This document shows, in pieces, positions 47,101 through 53,003 of a stretch of DNA of 64,000 nt. Below the pieces are notes generated by a model, which saw nothing but the letters and a program-made list of their open reading frames with translations, searched no databases and was not told the origin of the DNA. A program made the translations under genes and the position numbers. Source of the DNA: a virus; IMG/VR virus record IMGVR_UViG_3300022468_000627, positions 27,892 to 91,891 of that record. One strand, written 5' to 3'. How positions within the stretch are numbered: the stretch's first letter is position 1; each line of letters begins with the position of its first letter.

Positions 47101-47295
47101 CGTGTCGAGCTTGCTGCGCCGCTTTGCCGGCTCAGGCGCGGCGTGGTGGCCGCCGAACAGCGAATGCTGCTTGACCGCCAGCTTCTGGATGCGGACGTGG
47201 GGCTGCACGACAGTGCCGTCCTTGCGGACGTGGGCAGCCACGTGCACCGGGGCGTCGAACAGGGCGAGTTGGGATTTCGTGAAGAAAACGAGCAT
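41098..47295 (-). CDS. Giant (2065 aa) N6-adenine methyltransferase / SNF2-type helicase fusion (DarB-like), candidate virion-packaged anti-restriction protein
   Basis: SAM motif LEPSCATGVF, catalytic NPPY (nt 46111-46122), helicase motif I DDVGLGKT (GLGKT at 44359-44373), motif II QDEMHHQKN, motif III LTATPTKNSP, motif V/VI NATMAEGLN..EPATLQQRNGRGLRQGN. Confidence 0.9.
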   Translation of the reverse strand: MLVFFTKSQLALFDAPVHVAAHVRKDGTVVQPHVRIQKLAVKQHSLFGGHHAAPEPAKRRSKLDTFLGRYGGPAGMAKILAGLPEGQQQQLIAKMAEVGKTTPEAVWAMLGAAPKPAQAEPAAEKQADLFSQAPEAPKTDSASAKPVAEPEPSAKPIPAAAPAPDLPLVEYRTAKKGKVLRGVVRTDLTEAQAREIDPYTMRHQGGWFIREKHLKNKPVEARAPAAPEPTPAPAPEPAPTQAVAHEPAAPFGVAAGTSKAKRRAINAAVVERLAEGGPFTAGDLAQFRQYSGNGGCGDSLNEFYTDPDVARGMWTALQALGFQHGTALEPSCATGVFLHTAPAGVRVTGVELDPTSAQAAHALHGDRHEIITSGFERFATTDDRQFDVVIGNPPYGPRGFLAKDDKVNISTAEQYFTDTALDKCKPGGLVALVVPTGIMDSKSARAFRENLLRKGEFLGAQRMPNTAFEHSHTEVTTDVVYFRKRPDDVAGALGTVDQATLQKLGVWDEEFLAGGYFTGRGAENVLGTMTEGWRAKAGMGSDITVEGSMQGVPEEIAAFRPAAETAPVSMHQVLEALGDDEAAKERAISAAFRRPYANAAKVGDTKVVDGVTLILQGDPPRWHRLDEFMQTESISQAQELAADIGRLASGMEAVDRPALEARIRAYVEKHGVPADDPELMAAAMADKSLYALIGAVDRQGKLSDLVAGRTRKTEGTFDSAAQSMALERDSGTFTAGELSERLGKNADEVLDQLAADPRYAYAGGGQWTTMDAYLTGELWPKLDAARAALEAGSEPDMADKRRLQVERLEKAIDAKSLDDVDFQMNSAFVPTDVLAAYLNWRQFDGPEANDWTKKQAPVEITFADGLYHVAGGNQYGDTKLIDKYLNRTGIRKEEDLPRVEAMNAEFKEWLCGSTHRDRVEDLYNRSFRGYVAPEFSNSPIDVPGLAADRTVRDWRWSSLRKSLALGKGIVADDVGLGKTLGGLLLARMAKVNGQAKRPIIVVPKSVLANWFEEAETWFPGARVLTVGANFSRAKDGSLIGKDDSASERKRKYHDLRQNDYDFILISEPAFEEVDLDPETKERYYSDDFWVQRGESLGNAGDKRRKAIKERYEQHIAQREFSDRTDAIYFNELGADMLIQDEMHHQKNLYAARARFGEQPKFLGGQGLSNRALDFNLKTRWVRDNNGGKNVYGLTATPTKNSPLEIYSMLSHIAPEAFERIKIRNSEEFLDRFCEFKADKVLGTGGDIEDATVVSGFKNLDELREIMARYIDRRTADQVGLKLPERDDRLHLVDMSPAQQAVYAELRELAEESAGKKDATGDAHIFAIMDKMNKAALDLSLLDKAKYGGASSPKYAHLAKQCVEGGKDGGQIVFSEYIDSHDKIVAALVDAGFKREEIGVINAQVAGSAVKRQNIANAFNAGKLKVVVGNATMAEGLNMQKTTTDIHHMDVPWEPATLQQRNGRGLRQGNMNESLRIHTYLSKGSFDGYRYQAVAAKKDWQDLLWNGGDRVENLAREGSFSNEDMRIMLAADPEEARKKYAEDKASATARYDAGKRSDAQAEFVRFTEMSRSYGSLKNKNTTSAQRLRQKIEATKTSLFNNKYWSAKAALDSATDVLIHPQTGTVLTADVGLDFAKDGKMVVTGVNMKAGTVTMRRYADTSGGHKVTLPMSELSDAKPYDFDKNAEAEEVGKAMESAANEKLNSLTKWEDVKAMPSAVLEKNNDLIQRQIKDAKASYKGFHDLGDAYMVEKATGKIEKVPSYSTKDKHETHDYLLPTEAAKEKAIQAWMDARRGARISSRSVNRSKGRGPRSGGYDVLAAREYQGASYSDRHINPMKGLLDSLSGQRMYGVSSALEKEAKARLQDEQMQTIRRAKAGHEVLNALFPLAKLGGKAEGGYARDFKASYPKEALALAWARMRHLGELDDKVGTVGHDGYATGGENQTKHAALIRMARNSGHNDLAEAIAESGDRHGLSKNDEATLRAIAGHYSQSVRTLNLIKKVAGRMGILDQTVGQLRQYNLGGPFSAPSGYGYDPEGQRRAGRKLGDVIDEYLQAASARESTKEAA

Positions 47296-47300
47296 GCGGC

Positions 47301-47324
47301 GGCACCAGTGGCGGGACTGGTGCC
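47301..47324 (-). promoter_or_regulatory. 5'-leader hairpin just upstream of the methylase-helicase start codon
   Basis: Minus strand GGCACCAGU-CCCGCC-ACUGGUGCC (9-bp stem) ends 5 nt before ATG 47295. Confidence 0.4.
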
Positions 47325-47325
47325 G

Positions 47326-47341
47326 ATTGTGCTGTCACGAT
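47326..47341 (-). promoter_or_regulatory. Conserved late-promoter-like motif (copy i)
   Basis: Minus strand ATCGTGAC AG CACAAT. Overlaps the stop codon of 47335..48558. Confidence 0.4.
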
Positions 47342-48558
47342 GCCGGCGGCGCCGTAATGCTGGCTGCAATTGCCTGGAGCGCCTTCTTGGGTGCGACGAA
47401 TTCCTTTTTGGCCCCCATGTCGGTGTGGCCAACGCGGATCAGGTCGGCGATGTGCGGCCGCACTGCGCGCGAGCTGATGCCGAACACCTTTGCGGCCGCA
47501 GGGATGAACCACTCCAGCCCAGCCGAGCCATCGCGCAGACCGAGCAGCTTGAGGTCGGCGTCCGAGGCCTCGCCGCCAGACAGCAGGCGATCGCGCAGAT
47601 TGCTCACCGCCCCAGCGTGGTCAGCAGCCGCCTTATCGTGGGTTGCACGTGTCTGCAGCGACTGGCTGGCAGCGTTGACCGCATCCTCGGGCTTGGCGTG
47701 GTAGTTCCCCAGCACCTCGCCGTTGACCTCGACGCCGTAGTGCCCACTGATCAGCCCCTTGCCGCGTCGCCATTTCGCGCCCGGGATGTCAGCCAGCAGG
47801 TGGTCGTGCTCGCCGGGCGGCGCAGGGCCCGCGCTCTCGCCCCCGAACAGGTCACGAGTGTCCTTCACCGGGTCCTTGCCGGCATACGGGCTCGGCCCCA
47901 TCGGCTTGCCGCTGCTGGCACCGCCGAACAGGCTCATCTGCCCGGGACCGCCAGGCGTGCCGTGGGCCGCCCGCCCGTGGTAGCCGCGCGCGTTGACGAT
48001 CCGGCCGCCGCGCAGGTACGGGCCGACGTAGCCCTTGAAGAACAGCACGACGGCGGGCTGGGCCTTGATCATGGCCGGCGCGTTGCGCGTGGCGCGAACC
48101 TTGGCGATGAACTCGGCCACCGGCATAGCCGTGATGCCGCCGAAGAATCGCGGATCGTCGTAGTGCTCCAGGTAGGCGTCGCGGGCCTCGTCCATGCTGG
48201 CGAAGTTGATCATGCACTTCTGCTCGTCGGGCGTGTCCCACTGTTTGCGCTTCATCTGCTGCACGACGTAAACCTCGGGCGCGTCCGGGTAGCTGCCAAT
48301 GAACACGTCCACCGGGTCACCATCCACTCCAAGCGTGCCCAGGATCTCGCCGTAGGCGTAGCGAAACACCGTGCGCCAAGCCTTGCCGGTCTCGTCGACG
48401 CCCTCGCGCACCGTGCCCTCGGGATGCTCGATGGCAATGGTCAGGCCGTGCCAGTCCTGGCGCAGCTTGGGGTAGTCGCCGGACTTCGCCTGCTCGGGCG
48501 TCGGGTCGCCGCCGATCATGGTGCGGGTGGCCGGATGGGATTTCAGGAGGATGATCAT
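47335..48558 (-). CDS. Inorganic-pyrophosphatase-like domain protein with unknown C-terminal half
   Basis: 407 aa. IAIEHPEGTVREG..YAYGEILGTLGVDGDPVDVFIG..DEQKCM resembles family I PPase blocks (E.P.G.., YG.iP.T..DGDP.DV). ATGA overlap with the MuF stop. Confidence 0.7.
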   Translation of the reverse strand: MIILLKSHPATRTMIGGDPTPEQAKSGDYPKLRQDWHGLTIAIEHPEGTVREGVDETGKAWRTVFRYAYGEILGTLGVDGDPVDVFIGSYPDAPEVYVVQQMKRKQWDTPDEQKCMINFASMDEARDAYLEHYDDPRFFGGITAMPVAEFIAKVRATRNAPAMIKAQPAVVLFFKGYVGPYLRGGRIVNARGYHGRAAHGTPGGPGQMSLFGGASSGKPMGPSPYAGKDPVKDTRDLFGGESAGPAPPGEHDHLLADIPGAKWRRGKGLISGHYGVEVNGEVLGNYHAKPEDAVNAASQSLQTRATHDKAAADHAGAVSNLRDRLLSGGEASDADLKLLGLRDGSAGLEWFIPAAAKVFGISSRAVRPHIADLIRVGHTDMGAKKEFVAPKKALQAIAASITAPPAS

Positions 48559-49712
48559 TCGCGGTCTTTCTCGCCCTGGGCGAGCTGGGCGCGGATCCAG
48601 TCGCCGAACTCGGCGCTGTCACCTGGCCGGTCGGTGACGGTGGGCACCCAACGCCCCCGGCAATGCGGGTGCACCAGCCCGGCAGGCACGGTCCACATTT
48701 CGTCCGCCTCGCGCTCGACGAAGGCGTTGCCCACGCGCTTGCGCGGGCTGGCGCTGCGCCCGATGTTGTTCTTCCCCGCCCAAATTTGAGTGTCGGGGTC
48801 CTTGTGCACCATGCCCGGGTCCACCACGGTGACGACCATGCCGTCGATCTTGCGGCAGAACGCGCAGGCGTTCCGGTACTGCTCGACGCGCTTCACCTTG
48901 GTGCCGGCCGGCAGGCTGGAGATGTAGCCCTGGGTCTGGGCTTCGCCCGCTTCGGTGACGGCGATGCGCCGCCAATCGCGGTTGAGCGTGCCGAAGGCGT
49001 CGAGCAGCTTGGTCTCCAGCGACGAGCCAGGGCCCTGCACGCCCAGCGCGCGCTGGGTGACGTGCTCGGCGATGACGCCACGCATGGCGTGCCGCGCGCT
49101 CTCGGCCAGGTGACGCACGTTCTCGGCGCAGCGCTGGGCGGCAAAGTCCATCATCGCACGCTGGGCCTGGGTGGCGCCGAATGCGGCCGCGACCGCCTCG
49201 GTGGTGCCAGGCATCGCCATGATCATGGCGTCGGCCTGCTTGGCGTCAACCTCGCTCATGGCGGCCTGCACGCGACCCATGATGCTCGACCGCGCCGACA
49301 GCCATTCGGCCTCGGTGCGCATGTCCTCGGGCGGCAGGTAGCGCTGCGCCAGGTAGTCCACCGCCAGCATGTGGTCGTCGAGCGTCCACTCGGCCGGCGG
49401 CAGGTGCTCCAGGTACAGCTTGACCAGCGACTTCTCGGCCTCGTTCCAGCGCTCCATGACGCCAGCCGGTCGGGCGATGCGCTCACCGGCCGTGTGCCGG
49501 TGGCCTTCTGTCCACGCCAGCAGCTCAGTGCGGAACGCATCGAGGCGCGCCAGGCCGCGCTGGGTGAACAGCTCGACCAGGCGGGCGATCAGCGGGCTGT
49601 CCATCGGCGCCCAGATACCGTCGTCGTGGTCGTGCCCGGCCTTGCACAGGTACTCCAGCGCGGCGTTCGTGCGCGGCTCGTCGAGGTCGATGATGTCGAT
49701 GAATAGGCCCAT
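48555..49712 (-). CDS. MuF / SPP1 gp7-like head morphogenesis protein
   Basis: 385 aa. RRIAVTEAGEAQTQGY and C-terminal AGLVHPHCRGRWVP match the MuF family R..TE and HPNCRC-type blocks. Confidence 0.8.
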   Translation of the reverse strand: MGLFIDIIDLDEPRTNAALEYLCKAGHDHDDGIWAPMDSPLIARLVELFTQRGLARLDAFRTELLAWTEGHRHTAGERIARPAGVMERWNEAEKSLVKLYLEHLPPAEWTLDDHMLAVDYLAQRYLPPEDMRTEAEWLSARSSIMGRVQAAMSEVDAKQADAMIMAMPGTTEAVAAAFGATQAQRAMMDFAAQRCAENVRHLAESARHAMRGVIAEHVTQRALGVQGPGSSLETKLLDAFGTLNRDWRRIAVTEAGEAQTQGYISSLPAGTKVKRVEQYRNACAFCRKIDGMVVTVVDPGMVHKDPDTQIWAGKNNIGRSASPRKRVGNAFVEREADEMWTVPAGLVHPHCRGRWVPTVTDRPGDSAEFGDWIRAQLAQGEKDRE

Positions 49713-49718
49713 GCTCGC

Positions 49719-49734
49719 ATGGTGCCATCACGAC
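49719..49734 (-). promoter_or_regulatory. Conserved late-promoter-like motif (copy j)
   Basis: Minus strand GTCGTGAT GG CACCAT, then GCGAGC, then ATG 49712. Directly after terminator 49735-49763. Confidence 0.5.
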
Positions 49735-49763
49735 AAAAAGCCGGGGCGGTCTCCCACCCCGGC
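49735..49763 (-). terminator. Intrinsic terminator
   Basis: Minus strand GCCGGGG-(10-nt loop)-CCCCGGC followed by UUUUU. Confidence 0.65.
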
Positions 49764-49928
49764 CTTCGCCGCCTGACGCGCGGTATCGGTCTGGCCCCAG
49801 GCGAGCGGTGCCCGAAGACACCACCAGGAGACGCCGCCCACCCATGAAACGGCACGCCCGTACCAGACTGCGGCCCTTACATCCCGAGGATCCGCTGCGG
49901 TCGACACCCAACCATGCCCTTGCGGGCG
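49735..49928 (-). ncRNA. Predicted small RNA of about 195 nt (promoter motif k to terminator 49735-49763)
   Basis: Discrete unit bounded by motif copy k and an intrinsic terminator, with no credible ORF. Long-range pairing GCCGCCCGC / GUGGGCGGC. Confidence 0.4.
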
Positions 49929-49934
49929 GCCCCC

Positions 49935-49950
49935 AGTGTGGCGTCACGAC
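49935..49950 (-). promoter_or_regulatory. Conserved late-promoter-like motif (copy k), not followed by an ORF
   Basis: Minus strand GTCGTGAC GC CACACT directly after terminator 49951-49976. Confidence 0.45.
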
Positions 49951-49976
49951 AAAAAGAAACCCGCACGAGGCGGGTT
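49951..49976 (-). terminator. Intrinsic terminator
   Basis: Minus strand AACCCGC-CUCGU-GCGGGUU followed by UCUUUUU. Confidence 0.65.
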
Positions 49977-50740
49977 GAAAAGCGGCCGAAGCCACTCAGG
50001 GAGGAGGTTGATGGTGCAGCGCTCGAAGCCCAACGCAATGCGCCAGTGTCGATCCCGACGCCGCCAAAACAGGCCCAGGTTCAATCGACTTACCCCGAGG
50101 CCAACGGCTCTTGCACACCATCACATCAGCGGGCCGGGCTTGATACCGGCTCCACGCGGGGTAACAACGGGCCGCAGGCCGGACCAACCGCCCACTTTCC
50201 CCCGCCCGCTCACTCCTGGCCCTGGCCGCTGGTCGGCTGTACCTCTTGTGCTGGCCTAATGTTCAGGCGTTTCCTTCAGCGCCGCCGCTGATGTGATGGT
50301 CCTCGTCTTTCCGAGGCGTCTCCCGTGGGTGGGTCGACCTGTGGTTTGCATTTATCGGGGCAGACCCACACAAACTGCTACCCGTGCTCGTTGATAGCGG
50401 CCAGGAACCCCCGACCCAAACCATCAAGCGTGATGACTGGCTGGCGCCGACGTGCTTCCCGGGCAACCTAGTGGTCGGAGCTGAAACCGTCTCTCTGTGT
50501 GCCAATCATCACACTTGATGGCCCTGGTTTACAAAGCCAGGCATCAAGGCCGGTTGCCCATCCGGCGCACCCTGAATTCGCGCAAGGCGTATAGGGGCGG
50601 CTCCCATCGCTGGGTTCTGCTGATTTCCCCGCAGTCTCCTACGGTAAGGGGCTCAACTGGCCCAGCAGACGTGTTCCCGGTTTGATTCCCAGCCCGGCCT
50701 GCAAGCGTCGTCGGAATGGTTGAATTCTAACCCAAAACGA
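49951..50740 (-). ncRNA. Candidate large structured non-coding RNA (about 790 nt) downstream of the alarmone hydrolase gene
   Basis: No ORF with coding-type GC3, and visibly lower GC. A 16-bp helix (50117-50132 / 50285-50300). A 20-bp helix (50421-50440 / 50502-50521) whose two non-Watson-Crick positions are G.U on the minus strand but C.A on the plus strand. Ends at an intrinsic terminator. Confidence 0.4.
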
Positions 50741-51337
50741 TCAGAGCTTGTCCAGCCCCGTGAGGTACGTTGTAGAAAACAGACGTTCCAGCACCGGATG
50801 CTTGGCGCCCATGGACTGCACCACTTGGCGCGCGTCGTCGAAATACTTGCGCTTGCGGGCTGCGTCCCAATCCGGCGGCGACGCCACCAGGTCGCGCAGG
50901 TTCGCCGTCTTGTCGGCCATCTTCACAGCGGCCGCGCGCGGGCTCATCTTCGCCGCGTGGGCGGCCTGCCATGCGGCCTTGCCGCCAGGACCGAAGTCCG
51001 CCGGGTTGGTCAGCTCGGCCACCAGATCGGCGACGTCGTGCCCAAACTCCGCGACGAGGTTCGCGTGCGTGGCACCCGTGTCCTCCATCGTGTCATGCAG
51101 CAGGGCGGCCTGCAGGGTGACGTGATCGGTGATGCCGGCCTCGTCGTGCAGGATGCGGGCCACGGCGCGCGGGTGCTCGATGTAGGGGACCAGCGGGGCG
51201 CCGGGCTTGCCCTTGCGGTACTGGCCGGCGTGGGCCTTGTCGGCGTAGCGGTCGGCATTGCGGACGTGGGGCGAGACGTAGACGCCATCGCGGCGGGTGT
51301 GCCCCCGAACCTGGATCGACTTGAACAGGAGGATCAA
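50741..51337 (-). CDS. Small alarmone hydrolase (RelA/SpoT-type HD domain) with a 28-aa N-terminal shared motif
   Basis: AHAGQYRKG..PYIEHPRAVARIL and AALLHDTMEDT are the RSH hydrolase His and HD..ED blocks. The only usable start is TTG 51337 (TTGA overlap with the upstream stop, AGGGGG 6 nt upstream). The track's ATG 51511 extension is Arg-rich off-frame-type sequence. Confidence 0.8.
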   Translation of the reverse strand: MILLFKSIQVRGHTRRDGVYVSPHVRNADRYADKAHAGQYRKGKPGAPLVPYIEHPRAVARILHDEAGITDHVTLQAALLHDTMEDTGATHANLVAEFGHDVADLVAELTNPADFGPGGKAAWQAAHAAKMSPRAAAVKMADKTANLRDLVASPPDWDAARKRKYFDDARQVVQSMGAKHPVLERLFSTTYLTGLDKL

Positions 51338-51561
51338 GCGGCCCCCTGCTCGGCCGGTTGCTGGGCGGCGGGCTGCTGCTCGCCCTGAGGCCGCTGGCCC
51401 ATCAGGCGCTGCGCCTCGGTTTCGTCGATCTCGTCGCCCCAGTCGATGTCCTTCGGCACGGCGCCCTGGTACGACACGAACTCGCTGCCGTTCCAGACTT
51501 CCTTGGGCCACGCCCGGGCTGGGCCCCGAAACAGCGCTCCCTCGTTCTCAATGAAAATCAT
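51334..51561 (-). CDS. Small acidic protein (75 aa), candidate antitoxin or adaptor
   Basis: ATG 51561 shares its A with the upstream TGA. Strong GC3. Asp/Glu-rich (DIDWGDEIDETEAQ). Confidence 0.55.
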   Translation of the reverse strand: MIFIENEGALFRGPARAWPKEVWNGSEFVSYQGAVPKDIDWGDEIDETEAQRLMGQRPQGEQQPAAQQPAEQGAA

Positions 51562-53003
51562 CACGCAACCCTCCGAAACAACAATGCCATTGTAGCCGCT
51601 TGATCGGATTTGATCAAAGTCTTGTCCTGGCTGCCGTTGCTTTTCGACCACGCATCGTCGTAGATCGCCTTCTGGCGCTTCAAGGCCTCGTAGTACGACC
51701 GGTGGTCATCGTCCGACCAGCTGTCGCCAGGCTCGGGCTCGCCGTACTTGCCTTGCAGCGACCGCGTGATTTCGTAGTCCTTGTGGCCCTTCTCCTTCGC
51801 CAGGGTCATCGCCTTGGTGTGGATCTGCAGCTCGGCCACCATGCCGTTGGGCAGCTTCACGAACGCCATGAGGTCGCGGTAGCCCTCGGCGGTCGGCTTC
51901 GCAAACCGGTTCTTGGGCTTCTGGGCGATCTCCAGGCCGGCGGCTTTCATGTGCTCCAGCGCCTGCTTGACGTGGCCCATGGTGGGCACGCTGATCGTGC
52001 CGCGCACGATGTCGCGCAGCTGCGACCAGTCGCCCTTGTAGTCGGCGTCGACCTTCTCCTTGGCTCGCTTCTCGCCCTTGAGTGGCGCAATGAACAGGAA
52101 GCCGTCGCCGTTCTCCCACTGCTCGGGGGTGATCTGCTCGGGCTTCATCCCGGTCTTGAGGCCCATGGCCTGCTGCACCTTACCCAGCATGCCCCGGAAC
52201 TGCTCCAGGCCCTCGGTGCCCTTCTGCACCAGCTCGTCCCAGCTCTGGGCGGGCTGGTTGACCTTGTCCGGCAGCGCCTCGATCGTGGCCTTGTCGAACA
52301 GCGACGCGGCATCGACCGGCGCCGGCTGGGCCTGCTCCTGGGCGCCCTGCTCGGGCTGGGCGTCATGCGGGCTGGCGTCGGGTGCGCCGTCGCCCTGCCA
52401 GTGGTGCGTGATCTTGTCGTGGGGCACGCGGTGCTCGCCGCCCTTGGGGTCGCGCACTGTGACGCCGTGCTGGCCGGCAGACAGAACCTGGCCGTGGCCG
52501 CGATGCTCGCCGTTCTCGTAGCCGATGTGCTGGCCTGCCTGGGCCGGCGGGCCGCCGATGTCGGTGCTCACCCAGCGCGTGGTCTGCACGCCGTTCTTGT
52601 CGGTGACCTTCTTCTGCTGCAGGCCAGGGCCGGGCGCCGGGCCCGCCTTGAGAAACAACACCGGGCGCCGCCCGAATGCTTTTGCCACCATGGGGTCGTC
52701 CTTGGATTCGTTGGGGGTGGCCACGAAGCGACGACGGCCGCTGGCGTCCTGCACCAGCATGCCGTCCTCGCCGTGGTCGATGACGTCGTAGCGCTGCGGG
52801 ATCCGCTGCTTGTGGCCCAGCACCTTGTCCCAGCGGACTTTCTGGTGCTGGCCGTCGATCTTGACGGTGACGCCGTGGCGGCCGTGCGCGGTCACCTCGC
52901 CGGTGCACGGCTGGCCGCCATGGTGCACGTACAGGTGGTCACCCACCTCGACATCGCCGCGCGGCTCGGGCTCTTTCTGGGGCTTCGGGGGCTTGAAGGT
53001 CAT
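51561..53003 (-). CDS. RelA/SpoT-like nucleotidyltransferase (small alarmone synthetase / toxSAS-like) with N-terminal duplicated His-rich SH3-like modules
   Basis: 480 aa from ATG 53003 (ATGA overlap with the portal stop). The C-terminal half has PLKGEKRAKEKV, LRDIVRGTISV, AEGYRDLMAFV, VAELQIHTKAM, GHKDYE in the order of the RelA_SpoT synthetase blocks. Confidence 0.8.
   Translation of the reverse strand: MTFKPPKPQKEPEPRGDVEVGDHLYVHHGGQPCTGEVTAHGRHGVTVKIDGQHQKVRWDKVLGHKQRIPQRYDVIDHGEDGMLVQDASGRRRFVATPNESKDDPMVAKAFGRRPVLFLKAGPAPGPGLQQKKVTDKNGVQTTRWVSTDIGGPPAQAGQHIGYENGEHRGHGQVLSAGQHGVTVRDPKGGEHRVPHDKITHHWQGDGAPDASPHDAQPEQGAQEQAQPAPVDAASLFDKATIEALPDKVNQPAQSWDELVQKGTEGLEQFRGMLGKVQQAMGLKTGMKPEQITPEQWENGDGFLFIAPLKGEKRAKEKVDADYKGDWSQLRDIVRGTISVPTMGHVKQALEHMKAAGLEIAQKPKNRFAKPTAEGYRDLMAFVKLPNGMVAELQIHTKAMTLAKEKGHKDYEITRSLQGKYGEPEPGDSWSDDDHRSYYEALKRQKAIYDDAWSKSNGSQDKTLIKSDQAATMALLFRRVA

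Noticed and set aside
49735-49934. tmRNA or tRNA-like identity for the predicted sRNA (it begins GGGGCCG and contains GUCGACC)
   Set aside because: It has no T-arm plus ACCA 3' end, no tag reading frame and no acceptor pairing. The similarity is superficial.
51338-51511. ATG-initiated 5' extension of the alarmone hydrolase ORF (track 50741..51511)
   Set aside because: It is Arg/Gly-rich off-frame-type sequence overlapping the acidic ORF. TTG 51337, with an upstream AGGGGG and a TTGA overlap, fits better.
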